Positions 39,361 to 51,910 are shown, numbered from the whole stretch's first letter. The stretch is DNA of 62,310 bases, filler included, from Squatina squatina (GCA_031763465.1; 4 parts of 4 records of this genome joined end to end with filler, not necessarily neighbours in it), one strand, 5' to 3'. Numbers and translations: made by a program. Notes: a model not told the origin generated them from the letters alone.

Positions 39361-40734
39361 CATTTTTTTTTACAGTTACGAACAATAAACAAATTATATT
39401 ACATACAATAATTTAAACAAAACCCCAGTGCTCAAATTAANNNNNNNNNNNNNNNNNNNNNNNNNNNNNNNNNNNNNNNNNNNNNNNNNNNNNNNNNNNN
39501 NNNNNNNNNNNNNNNNNNNNNNNNNNNNNNNNNNNNNNNNAAAGTGCAGAGACAGGTACTTTCTGGGAACGGGAACAGGCACAGGGAGCTGAATTTTGTG
39601 CTTGTTTCCAGTCTGGAGTAGCAACCTGTTATACTGTTGTAGATTATTAATGTCGCTCCTTGTATTTCCTCTTGGATAGGTGGTAATAAATGGACTTTTA
39701 TCAGTGTGTACATAAACAAACTGCAAACAGCCAGGTTACAGAACATAACTAGGCACTGCAACTTACACACAAACAATCAAATGCCTTACTCCACACAGCA
39801 TAGTAAAATAGTAGTAAAATTCTAGATATGGGAAGTTAAGTGTAATTTATTTAAATTAAGAAAAGTTCATCACCATTTATACTTAACTCTTCATTTCTAA
39901 ATGCAGACAGTTCCACCAGTGCAGTGACATGAATGCTCAATAAACGGTTAATGTACTTATACTGGGAAACATCCTCCATATCTTAGAAGTGGCTGCCGCT
40001 AGTGTAGAGGGAAATAAACCTTCAGAAGACAACAACAGTGCATCAAAAAATCTCGAGAGAAATTACACATTGTCAAAGCCTGATTTTAGTAGCCTCATTT
40101 TGACCCCTAAAAACATACTCAACTCTCAAAAAACATTAGTTCACACCAAAACTTTGCTGCCACAACTAATAGTGGCCATACAAATTAGTGCTGTGGGCTT
40201 GGCGTTCTGTCCTCTAACTGATCTGATCGGTTCTGACAGCCTCCATTTGTGCCTTCAGATTAATTTGATTGGTTTGTATTGACAACCTCCAGTCACAGTG
40301 AAAAAAGCTGCTTTTTCTTGTGGAAGTGACAAGCTGACACATGGATTGAAAAGCTGATTGTCAACCTAAGAAGCTGATAGTTGGCATGTATGTATCTTTC
40401 TTATTTCAGTCAAAATGACTGAGTTTACTTCAAATAAGTAGGGCTTCAGGGACTTTTAGTAGAGCTTATGTTGATTTTGAAACAAGGACATGACCAGAAA
40501 TGCTGGGATACTTGGGCTGTCTGCACAGCCCATGAACGTACAACCATTCCTAAACTTTGCCTACAGTATGAGAAGCCATAGAATACAAACAAAAAATGCT
40601 GGAAAATCTCAGCAGGTCAGGCAGCATCTGTGGANNNNNNNNNNNNNNNNNNNNNNNNNNNNNNNNNNNNNNNNNNNNNNNNNNNNNNNNNNNNNNNNNN
40701 NNNNNNNNNNNNNNNNNNNNNNNNNNNNNNNNNN

Positions 40735-40853
40735 ATCACAGAGCAGTTGATCAAGTCGACCGAATAAATCAAACAAAACACTGTGTGCTAAACTACGTGG
40801 GTGGAGTGATGTCCCCAGAAATGCAGCCACCCAAACTTCTGTGGTTAAAAGAA
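40735..40853 (+). CDS. FGGY: FGGY carbohydrate kinase (D-ribulokinase) internal exon, 5' part lost in a gap
   Basis: (D)[39 protein letters not shown], then donor GTAAGT (phase 0). Confidence 0.92.
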
Positions 40854-41432
40854 GTAAGTCTTTTATTGAACGTGCTACAAACAAGTAGTATTGAAAAACA
40901 TTTCCAAGAAAAATAAAAGCCCAGGAGAACATGGAGCTGAGATAGTTATTCCAGTCTAGCACTTTTCTCCAGAAGACAACTTAATTATTTATTCAATGCC
41001 AGCACTTATTTGTAGCCTCCACCCCATTTATTTGGACTAATATATATATAATTAAAGATAATATTTAAACATTGAAACATTTTTGTGTTCTGGTATAAGA
41101 TAAAGCTGAGCACTAAATTTGTTAAAGATGAAGTTTTGATTATGGTTCTTATTCAGTATGCCATTCATAGTTTATCTTTGTTGGGTTCCTTTTGATTTTC
41201 ATTGAATTACTGTCTAAGTAATTTTCCAAACAACAATTCACTCCCAGAGGTTTTTTTTTCCGGCTGGGACATTCTAACTTGGGATTTTACCTCTATGAAG
41301 AATTCTCCAGCCCGAAAGGGTGGGTGGGACTCNNNNNNNNNNNNNNNNNNNNNNNNNNNNNNNNNNNNNNNNNNNNNNNNNNNNNNNNNNNNNNNNNNNN
41401 NNNNNNNNNNNNNNNNNNNNNNNNNNNNNNNN

Positions 41433-41597
41433 CGATCTCCCGCTCCCGCCCCGGAGGAGGTGCAGCTCGAGATTTTGTGCTGCACTTCCTCTCGGGGGCG
41501 GTAAGCTCAATATAGGTCGCAAGGCGTGACTTCTGTGCCTGGCGCAGAAACTTCCACTTTGCGGCTGTTACCGCCCCCAGGGGGCGAATTTCGGCCC
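41433..41597. mobile_element. GC-rich Harbinger-type MITE, right end
   Basis: Ends GTTACCGCCCCC..GGCGAATTTCGGCCC, similar to the right end of 46585-47460. Confidence 0.5.
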
Positions 41598-42468
41598 GTA
41601 AAGCTCCAACTGGCGGATTTTAAAGTGGCCACTGGGCTGCTTCAGTCTTGGATATTGAAACAGTAAAAAGGAAGGCTGAGATACCACCCTCAGCATTGGA
41701 TTCAGTTTCTGATCAAAAGGAGTTTCTGTTGTTTTGCGTTATTTTAAATTGTGGGGCATGTGTGTCACGGAATGATAAACTGTGGGTTTGCACTTCTAAT
41801 TTGTAATGTTCAGCATTTCCAATCTCAGAGTGCNNNNNNNNNNATGAATGGTGATCACTGGATCTTTTTTATGCAGGTCTCGGCAACTGTGCATGGGGTG
41901 GTATTGACAGAAGTTGGGAACTGGTCTGCAGTTTAAACTGTCCTTTAAACTGGGAATAGTGAATGGCACAAGGAGATTCCAGCAGAGGGGAAACATAAAA
42001 TTCTTCCATCGTTGAGTTAGTTTCCACTTAGGTTACTACAGTCCCCATAATGTTTTTCACTCACTTGATTGCATCTGGAATAACATCAGCTGGAAAATAC
42101 GGAACCTTGCAGAGTGATTACAATATTGAAAAACAACATAACTTTTTAAAACATCAGATTCTAATACTTTTACAATGTATTCTTTTAAAAATTAAAGCTC
42201 ATTTTTTAGGATATGAGTTGTGATATAGCAGCTTTAAATTTTGGATTTTTAATTGTGAACTATTGTACCAACAAATATACACAGCTTTAAAAGCAGATTA
42301 AATTCATATGCAACACTTCCTTAAAAAAATTGTGAGATACTTGGTTTTAAATGTTTTGTGCAGTCACAATTAAAATTAAAGAAACAAAATATCTTATAAG
42401 TACATGAAAAGGATATTTGCTTGTTTTTGGAATGATACTGTGTTAATTGTGTTGTTTGAACTTGCCAG

Positions 42469-42557
42469 AAACTGCGAAGCATTTGCTGGGAAAAAGCTGG
42501 TCATTTCTTTGATCTCCCAGATTTTCTATCTTGGAAAGCCACAGGTGCAACTACAAG
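42469..42557 (+). CDS. FGGY: FGGY next exon (89 bp)
   Basis: Acceptor CTTGCCAG|, [29 protein letters not shown](R), donor AG|GTATTT; splices in frame to the upstream exon. Missed by the ORF track. Confidence 0.92.
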
Positions 42558-44380
42558 GTATTTGTTTACATAAAGTCTAGTATTGCTGCAATAAGGACTG
42601 TTCATTACTACAGTGGGAGTCTTCTGGGAGAAGTAAATCACGCCAAAATGGTTGGGGGTGTTGNNNNNNNNNNNNNNNNNNNNNNNNNNNNNNNNNNNNN
42701 NNNNNNNNNNNNNNNNNNNNNNNNNNNNNNNNNNNNNNNNNNNNNNNNNNNNNNNNNNNNNNNCCATGTGGCATATTATCTACGGTTTCCCCCTGCCAAA
42801 GAATTATGTTGTGGAGCTGTTTGTGATCACTTTTTGTGAATGAAAGGATTTAGGTTACAGTGCACACTTGCATCTCTCAAACTTGCACACTTCATTTTTT
42901 TCTTTGTTACAAGAGCAATGGCCTCCACTTGTACAGTCCTGTGCTTTAGTGCTTGCTGTTATCCATACAGTATTGTTTTAATGATAGGCTGGCACATGTA
43001 CTGTATGAATAAGAATGTTTCACATAAATAAAATTTTCATCTGTGTTGTATGTACCAATACTTAAAAGTTATGCCCATTTCAGAATTATGGACTGTTAAT
43101 GCCCAATTTGTCTGTTCTGGTGGTCTGGAGGAACATTAAAGAAAGATCCCATTACACTATTCGAAGAGCTGCTGTTCTCTTGGCTGACATTTGTTAACTC
43201 CCCCTTTCCACTGCCTGGCATGACTCAGTGCATCTACACTCTCAGTAAAATAGTAGTTCCATGTGAAATATGAGAGGCATATGCAGTTTTCTATTTCAAG
43301 AAAATGATCTCAAGGAGTGAATGTGTTTCTGTTAGCTGTTGTACACAGACCCAGGATGAAGCAGTTTAATGTTGGAAAGATGAGTGCAAACAATGATAGT
43401 TGTCAGTCACCATGTGTAATGTTACCTTCTGAGAAAACTAAATAGTAACTGGCACAAGAGGCTATTGTAGGTTTGAACAAAAGCAAAACAAACTATTTTT
43501 AGAAAATCAGTTGTTGTACATAAGTACTATATAGAGTATTGTTTGAAAACATTTTACAAGCAAGAAACTGAGTCGAGATAGAACACCTCACGGGATATCA
43601 ATAGCAACATNNNNNNNNNNNNNNNNNNNNNNNNNNNNNNNNNNNNNNNNNNNNNNNNNNNNNNNNNNNNNNNNNNNNNNNNNNNNNNNNNNNNNNNNNN
43701 NNNNNNNNNNGTGCAGTTCGAACTACGGGGCCCCGAATGCTGTGGCCCGTTTGGGCGTAGACGAATTGAAGCCCCAATTTTTTTTGCAAACTTTGTTTGT
43801 TTTAGTTTAGGACTGCTGCTACCCTGCCAGGGCTGCATTTTCGGTACGGATATGGGGTGACTGCGGTGATGGTATTTATCCAAAAGGCTATTGGGACTGG
43901 GAGCTTTTTCTTAAACTGTATGTTGAAGATATGTTTTGTCAGATTTCAGCTGCAGCATATTGTACGCCAAAAAACTGCAATCTGTACTTTACTAAACCAT
44001 CTGAGAAAACAAAGCACAGCAATGAATTTGTTAGCAATAGATTGTGCTTGTTACAGCAGAACCTCTTAAATACATTTTTTTTAAGCATGTGTTCACTTGN
44101 NNNNNNNNNCTGGAACATACTCTTATAAAGAATAACATCTTACTTTGCAGGTGCAACATACATCACCCCAGACTGTGTCTAAAATTAGGAAACAAATTAC
44201 TGCAATCATTTGACATTCCACTGAATGTGCATTTCTAGTTTATTTTGGGAGCTGTTAACTCAGTGATAGAAAAACTGACACTGTGCAAAAAATGGTGCTG
44301 GAATGTGATAATTATCAGTCACAACCAGAGCTGCAGTTTGATTTCCTTTTTGTACTGGCACTAAAAATCCATAAAAATCA

Positions 44381-44480
44381 NNNNNNNNNNNNNNNNNNNN
44401 NNNNNNNNNNNNNNNNNNNNNNNNTTAATTAATTAANNNNNNNNNNNNNNNNNNNNNNNNNNNNNNNNNNNNNNNNNNNN
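44381..44480. other. Artificial concatenation linker
   Basis: TTAATTAATTAA at 44425-44436 flanked by N44 on each side. Confidence 0.97.
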
Positions 44481-44750
44481 AACTTCATTAAACTGATGGG
44501 GAGTTTGAGGGAGAGATGCCACTTTCGCAAGGCTAACGGTGGAGCAGTGCAAATCTGTGGTGATTCGCAATTCACGGGGTATCTCTGGCCACAAGTTGCT
44601 GAACGATTTACACATTAACAACAACGTGCACATTAAACTAGCTGTCATTTTGGAAGCAATTCAGGGTCATTACCCATTCCCTCACTGCGCTGGGCACAAA
44701 AATTCAAACAATAAACAAGTGCCTTGTACCATGTAGCAAATGCCAAATAT

Positions 44751-44754
<4 letters not shown>

Positions 44755-44781
<27 letters not shown>

Positions 44782-44782
44782 G
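44755..44782. repeat. (CA)n microsatellite
   Basis: Direct reading. Confidence 0.9.
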
Positions 44783-45236
44783 TACACTTATGAATGAGAA
44801 CTGACTGAGCAAGAAATTTTTTTCGGCAATTTCTACAACACTCTGTAAAATAACTTTTAAGTAGCGACTCTGAGGCCTTTGAATAATCCTTGGAATTATG
44901 TGCACTCCACAGGCTGCATCCCAAAGAAGCTCCACCCGGAATTCCATCCAGATGCCTTAATGAAACTCGGCATTCATTCCTTGAGAAGTGAGACCCACCA
45001 GCTGCTCCATTTAATCAANNNNNNNNNNNNNNNNNNNNNNNNNNNNNNNNNNNNNNNNNNNNNNNNNNNNNNNNNNNNAAGGAAAAAAGGTTTTACATGA
45101 ACGTAGTCATTGAGTCTTTTTTCAAACAGCTTGCTTCTAATTACGTGAGCCATCCTGGCGCCAGAGCTGAAACCCAGCCCAAAGCAAGCAGTGACCTAGA
45201 GTTTAAATTTAGATAGGCAGCAACCGCTCTGCGCTG

Positions 45237-45262
45237 CACACACACACACACACACACACACA
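45237..45262. repeat. (CA)n microsatellite
   Basis: Direct reading. Confidence 0.9.
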
Positions 45263-46584
45263 GGCCATTACATAAGAGCAGAGGAATTTTTAGATACAGG
45301 AAAAAGCTAGTAAGGTAAACTAACCTGTCCCTCTTTGATAGATCAATCCTATCTACCCACCCTCAATCCCATCTCTCCCTGGAAACACATCCAGTTGTCT
45401 CCGGCATTCGTTTTCGAACTTTAATTGCCGTTCTTAATAACTTATTCCACAACCCTATGAGCCTCTGAATGAAAATATTCAGCATGCCTTCCCTTCATAC
45501 TCCTAACTTCTGATATTAGAACATTCCTCCACAGTGAACAATTTGATTAACGTAGTAATCATATAAAGGTTACATTACTTTCAAAAAAACTAGATCCTTA
45601 TTGGTGGATATTTTTTAAACTGATACTCAGTCGCAGAGTCCTACATCAAGCTGTCCGTACCAGTAGTTGATGAAATGCTTGAGCACTGTGCACCTGTGCA
45701 GGCTGTACTTGAATCATTACATCGCTCGTGCTGATTACTGCACAGAGTTAGAAACCATGCATGTGAACAAACAATTTTTTGTTGCAGTCAGGACAGAGCA
45801 TGCGCAGTCTCGAAGGAGCTCGGACTGCACATGTGCAGTCTCAGCGGTNNNNNNNNNNNNNNNNNNNNNNNNNNNNNNNNNNNNNNNNNNNNNNNNNNNN
45901 NNNNNNNNNNNNNNNNNNNNNNNNNNNNNNNNNNNNNNNNNNNNNNNNNNNNNNNNNNNNNNNNNNNNNNNNNNNNNNNNNNNNNNNNNNNNNNNNNNNN
46001 NNNNNNNNNNNNNNNNNNNNNNNNNNNNNNNNNNNNNNNNNNNNNNNNNNNNNNNNNNNNNNNNNNNNNNNNNNNNNNNNNNNNNNNNNNNNNNNNNNNN
46101 NNNNNNNNNNNNNNNNNNNNNNNNNNNNNNNNNNNNNNNNNNNNNNNNNNNNNNNNNNNNNNNNNNNNNNNNNNNNNNNNNNNNNNNNNNNNNNNNNNNN
46201 NNNNNNNNNNNNNNNNNNNNNNNNNNNNNNNNNNNNNNNNNNNNNNNNNNNNNNNNNNNNNNNNNNNNNNNNNNNNNNNNNCAATAAGTTTCACCTGGGT
46301 TCTTTCGTTTCTCCAGGGTTTCCTCCAGTCTTCCACCAAAGTTATGGCCGGAGATGAGGAGAACCCCTGTGGAAATTCTACCCCATAAATTTTATTACTT
46401 TTAATGTTTGTAAAATTAAAGAAAAAACAATTCAAATATTGGAAATGAGAAAAGGCTGAAAATACATCAGCGTCTGGAAAGCGAAAAGACAGGTTTACCT
46501 TTTGGGTGCCATGGTGAAAGTGTAAACCTGAAACCCTAGCTTATTCTTTCTCTTTTCAGATGTTGCATATTTCTAACATTTCAT

Positions 46585-47460
46585 GGGGCCAAAATTCCCA
46601 TTCTGTGCCTCCCATTAGCGCCTCCAGGGGACGCTAACGGGGCGAGAAACTGGGTTCACCCAGGGGGGATGCGCGGGAGTTAATGGAAGCACTAACACTG
46701 TAACGCTAGTAGCCCCGGGCTGCCGCAACACCAGCAATGACGTCATCGCTGTGCATGGTGAACTCTTTTCACCCCGCGGCCGAAATTGGCCAATGCCCCA
46801 TGAGGCTGCTCTGGGCGATGTCAGCGCCAGCCTCGCAAGTCACAAACAGGGCCGATCTCCGCTCCTGGGGCAGAAGTTAAAGGGGAGGTACGCTGCACTG
46901 TGCACCGCCATTTTGTCATTTGGCTGACTCACCGGTCGGCCCATCTTGCTGCTCCGTGACGTCGGCCGGGCCGCCAGCGTGCAGCCCAGCATTCTATTTG
47001 GGCGCCAGGCTACGGCCTTGGCACCCCGCCATCCTGGTGGCCCAATGGAGGCCAGCAGGGGGCCCTGCAGAGTGCACAGCGACCNNNNNNNNNNGGCCGA
47101 CTCACTGGTCGGCCCGTTCTGATCTGCTGTCGCGTGGTCCAGGCCGCCGTCGTGCAGCCCGGCAATCCGTCTCAGTGCCGGACTGTGGCCACGGCATAAC
47201 ATAGCCCTGGTGGCCCCGTTGAAGCCTTGAAATGGCCGTGCAGAGTACTCAGCGTCCCTCCCCTTTAAAGGAAGTGGCGGGGCACTGAAACACGTCAGCG
47301 CTACGCAGAGAAGTCGCATAGCGCTGCCGAACCCACCCGAGTAGCACTCCCGAACCCGTGCTCCACTTCCTGTGAGAACCGCAATTTTGCAGCCGGGGCA
47401 GGAAGTCCCGCTTCCCCTTGGTTACTGCCCTCAAACGGGGTGCATCCCAATTTCGCCCCC
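46585..47460. mobile_element. GC/CpG-rich PIF/Harbinger-type MITE (~875 bp) inserted in a decayed Penelope-like fold-back element
   Basis: Termini GGGGCCAAAATT and AATTTCGCCCCC. The flanks rejoin as TATTTCTAACATTT/TGTTTTCTCATTTTCAG, resembling the PLE tail TATTTCCAGCATTTTCTGTTTTAATTTCAG seen near 57338. Confidence 0.65.
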
Positions 47461-48453
47461 TGTTTTCTCATTTTCAGCTTGGTCTCCCCAATAATTGAAT
47501 CCTTTGCTACAATGAGCAGCCTCTCCAGAATAATACTCTTCGCCAATCCCTTTAATAATCCTAAAAAACTACAACCAGAACACATCATTTAAACAAGCAA
47601 CACGAGCAGTGAAATGTGCCCAGAAATTCTTTTGAAAGAAAAACTTTAATTCACAGAGCACCTTGTGTTTATCAACACTTCACGTATGGAAGTTACTTTA
47701 GAGTGCAGTGACTGTTGTTACATAGATTAACACAGCACCCATTTTACATTTAGTGAGACCTCACACACATCAGTGAGGTGATGACTAGTCAATCTGTTTT
47801 TGATGATGTTATTTAAGCGAAGAATATTGGTCAAGCCAATTGGTCAAAACAATTCCCTGCACATCTTTGACGAATATCATGAAATCCTTAACATTTATGT
47901 GAGCTACCAAAACAGTCATGTCCATGTGACATTTGTATTGGTGTTTAGACACCAGTGTGTAAAAAGATAGACACTTCCAAATGGAATTTTTTGGAGCAGG
48001 CTGTTAAAAGAACTGAAGCATATGGAAAACTCCTTACGAAAGAAGGCGATGTGTCCTTGCAAAAAAAAAGTAGGAAAAAATTCTTGATGTTCTACCAGAA
48101 CGGACAAGCCTTCCCAGGCAGCTTCCTTCCTTGTTCGCTCAGCAGGTCAGGATGAGGGTGGGTAGGGGGCAGGGGAGGAAGCTGGTCAGAATATTTTTGG
48201 CAATTATGTTCAAACTAACTGTCCTGTGAATCAATGGTCCCTGGAAGTGTGCACAGCAGACAAAGCTTTGTAAATAGGAAACAGCCCTGGGAAGCAGAGA
48301 GAAAAGGGAAGAAGTTTTTTTTTAAGGAATGAATGTGCAATAAGAATTTAACTCTTTAGTTACGTGCGTCAGCTTGGCTCAGTTAGTAGCATTTGAGTCA
48401 GGATGTTGAGTACAAGTCCCACTCCAAGATTTGATCAAATAGTTTATACTGAT

Positions 48454-48570
48454 ACAAAAGCAAAATATTGTGGATGCCAGAAATCTGAAATAAAAACAAA
48501 AGATGTTGGAAATACTGACAAAAGATCTGAAGTGGGAACTCTGTTTCTCTCTCCACAGATGCTGCCTGGC
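48454..48570. mobile_element. Penelope-like fold-back fragment
   Basis: CAAAAGCAAAATATTGTGGATGCCAGAAATCTGAAAT..ACTCTGTTTCTCTCTCCACAGATGCTGCCTG, same family as 2045. Confidence 0.7.
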
Positions 48571-48670
48571 NNNNNNNNNNNNNNNNNNNNNNNNNNNNNN
48601 NNNNNNNNNNNNNNNNNNNNNNNNNNNNNNNNNNNNNNNNNNNNNNNNNNNNNNNNNNNNNNNNNNNNNN

Positions 48671-48930
48671 TACATTGTCCAAGGGATGGTGCTTTATGTA
48701 TGACCTTAGACACAAGTGTCAGCAGATTATTTGACCAAGAATCAGAGCTGAGCCCAATTCTGTCCTCTGCCAAAGTCTGCATGCTTGTATACTCTCAGCA
48801 GGGATCACTGGACAGTGATCAGCAACAGGAACCCTGGCTGATTTTTCCTTCTGACTTCAAGATTGCTGAGACCAATTGTAGCACCTCATGCTGTTACCTT
48901 GGATGAGATCATCTAACTCAGCGCAGGCCA
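48671..48930 (-). mobile_element. AmnSINE2-like SINE
   Basis: CAGCAGGGATCACTGGACAGTGATCAG..GGAACCCTGGCTGATTTTT..GAGACCAATTGTAG..GAGATCATCTAACTCAGC. Confidence 0.7.
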
Positions 48931-50915
48931 AAACATATACAAATTTCATGGATAAGTCAACAAAATAAGGTTTATTTACTCTTCATATGCCAATATGGAA
49001 TTTACAGCAATGGTTAATAAGTCCTACGTCTTTCTCCTGGAACTGTTTTGCAACGCCAATATGCAGCTCAACCCCTTTGCTAGTTTCCCAGCTGAAAGAT
49101 GTCTGTTTGCGTCCCAGCTGTTCCTTCATTTTATGTGCCCTGTTTTCTCCTGCTGAAACGTTTTCTTTCCCTGCACTGTGATTCTCCATTTTCCTGTCTG
49201 TCCCACTTCTATGCTGCTTTCCATTTTAGTTGTAATTTATAGAGCATCCTGATGTGACCATGTATCTGCTTAATTACAGATGTACAAGTCCCAATGACAA
49301 TCAATCGTGTCAATTTGACAACCATCCCAATTCCATGTAAAATAGTACACCACAAAAACCTTTATATTACAACATAAAGCAATGTTCTTGTTTTAAAAAA
49401 CGCCAGTACCTTAACTATACACAAAACACTGGTGTGATAGTGATTTATAGAAAATAATCCACATTTGATGTAGCAAATGCCACTAAGGATCACATGTGGT
49501 GCCTGAATCATGCAACCCTGGACTACTCAGTTTATTTTCTGTACTGTAAATCCTCTTATTTATTCCTGATAATTCTACCCTAAGGGAATAACTACATTAC
49601 TTTGTGAAATACCATGACTAACTGAATTTTTTGTAACCCGTCGAACATTTCCAGATTGATGTNNNNNNNNNNTTAAATCATAAGCTTCACTGTTTGACCA
49701 TGTCTATGTCTGGGATATTTCAAAATTGGTTATGCAGAGGTTATGCAGCATATTTACAGGATCAGTGAATTTTAAATTAATCGCATTAAGGTTTACTCTA
49801 CTGACATTGAAATCACTCCTCGGAAATGTCACCGCATTTTTTAAGGTCAATAGAAATAGATCATTTACTTTGCAAAATATTGTTTGCCGTTAACTACAAG
49901 AACATTAATGAAAATGCATTCTTTACAAAAAGTTGGCCTTTTGGTATCTCTTCTATACACAAAAATAATGTATATATGTCATTTTAAATTTGATAGACAG
50001 AGGCATTTGTTCCCATGTACATTGCAGTGGCACCACAGTTTATGTGCCTGCCCAGTAGAAGCTTTTTTCAGTAACATAATTAGCAGTAATTTCCAGATCT
50101 CCATAAAAGAACAATGACAGCGCTCAAACAGCTAAATAACAAGAGCTTTAGTACTGGGGAGAACACTGGCAAAAAAAAAAAATGAAATGGCTGGCAAAAT
50201 GGAGGAACAGGCTCATTTGTTACCATATGGTAGGCCTTGCAATGACTTATCAAAGGTCTGACCCCACAGAGTAATAAATCATCCAATTGATATCAGATGG
50301 GGAATGAGCCAAAATCCTTCACCCACACTAACAAATTGAATTGTTCCATTCAAAAAAAAAGTGGCTCATCGGAAATATTTTCAAGAAACAAGTAATGACA
50401 TCACTGATTCTAAGCNNNNNNNNNNNNNNNNNNNNNNNNNNNNNNNNNNNNNNNNNNNNNNNNNNNNNNNNNNNNNNNNNNNNNNNNNNNNNNNNNNNNN
50501 NNNNNNNNNNNNNNNCTGTTTTAACTCCAAATAAATAGATTGTTTATTTGTTCTGAGCCTAATACCACAGTATGTTTTATATAGGGCAAGTGATATGTTA
50601 TCAGATCTACCCAGAAGCTAGTATTTCACTGCCAGACTACAGTTCTCGGGCAGCACTGTATACAATAAGTGTAGAAATTCACCGGGTTTGGCTCAGGATG
50701 TTTGACCACAACATCGGATATGCCCTACTTATATGTAAAACTCTGCTATACCATATACTATCGAATATTCCTTCCAGAAAAAAGCATTCAAAAGCTATTA
50801 AAAATTCATACACTCCTATCCCATGCACAAGTCAATGAATCTTGCTACTCTGTATATACAGTCGGGTCGTTTTATAACAAAAACAAGTTTTAGAAAGAAA
50901 TACATCTGTGCTTAC

Positions 50916-51018
50916 CTATCAGCCGCCGGTCGCTCATTTTGCTGAGGAATGTTCTCAAGCTTTTAAAGTGGAAACTCCGTGACCTCCTGGGGACGGTCGG
51001 CGGCTCGGAACCATACAT
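50916..51018 (-). CDS. Putative first coding exon of an unidentified gene (MYGSEPPTVPRRSRSFHFKSLRTFLSKMSDRRLI, phase 1)
   Basis: ATG in GCGGCGATG context, strong donor AG|GTAAGC, lies in a CpG island directly below a motif-rich promoter. Confidence 0.55.
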
Positions 51019-51154
51019 CGCCGCCGAGATCGCAGCCCCCGGGCCGGCTGCAAGTGGGACGTGTGCCTGGTGTACGTGTGAGTATCCTGCGGATGGCAGC
51101 GCTTGGCATCCTCCGAGCCCAGGCGCCCCGGGCACACAGTGAGCTGTGCTGGTG

Positions 51155-51245
51155 TAGGGGAGCGGGCGGGGAGCGGGCGGGGAGGGGCTGAGTCAGGGCG
51201 GTCTGCTCACTCAGTCCCGCTCACTCACTTCGCTCTTATTGGAAC
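51155..51245 (-). promoter_or_regulatory. Proximal promoter: tandem GC boxes, AP-1 site and CCAAT box
   Basis: GGGGAGCGGGCGGGGAGCGGGCGGGG (51157-51182), TGAGTCA (51189-51195), GGGCGG (51196), ATTGG (51238-51242). Confidence 0.6.
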
Positions 51246-51353
51246 AAACGGCTNNNNNNNNNNNNNNNNNNNNNNNNNNNNNNNNNNNNNNNNNNNNNNN
51301 NNNNNNNNNNNNNNNNNNNNNNNNNNNNNNNNNNNNNNNNNNNNNNNNNNNNN

Positions 51354-51910
51354 CCGCCACGGGTTAGCGACTAGCCGCCCTAACTGCGCAGCTGCAACCT
51401 TCGTTGTGTCCCGTTTGCATCCCGCGGGCGGAATTTCCCTGTGGGAGGTAGTCGCAGCGCCAGGCAGTTGCGGCAGCAGTGAAACCTGTCACTGCAACGG
51501 CCCTCTTAAAGGAGAGGGCATGTACGCCTGCGGCCACCATCTTTATTTGTCAGCCAACTCTCGTGTCGGCTGAATGATGGCGGCCCATGACCAGATCAGG
51601 CCACCATCCCTCACCTGGCCCTCGATCGCCGTGCCAGGCTGGTGACCCAGATGCTGGCGTCCCTGGTGGCCCAGTGGCAGGCCCTCCCCTTTAACTGAGG
51701 CCTGACAGCGCTCAGCAACATTGACCCAATGCAGCTGACGTCGCTGGCCGGCTACCCCAGTTCCACCCGGGAGCGAGGCCGACATCGCTGTACCTCCCTC
51801 CCACCGTGGAACGCTGAATCCTGTGGCAGGCAGGGTGGGGGGGTTCGGGAGCCAACGAGAAAAATGCCAGCTGCCGCCCACTACCGCCCCATACGTGCCC
51901 AGGCCTAATT
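51354..51910. mobile_element. GC-rich MITE related to 46585-47460
   Basis: Shared TTAAAGG.GAGG, CCTGGTGGCCC and CCCTCCCCTTTAA blocks; ends AATTGTGTGCCCC. Confidence 0.55.

Noticed and set aside
45667-46435. Long ORFs of 147-215 aa
   Set aside because: Almost entirely X residues from the 433-N gap
46840-47319. 159-aa ORF as a transposase or host gene
   Set aside because: GC-rich MITE interior, spans a gap, no DDE or other motif
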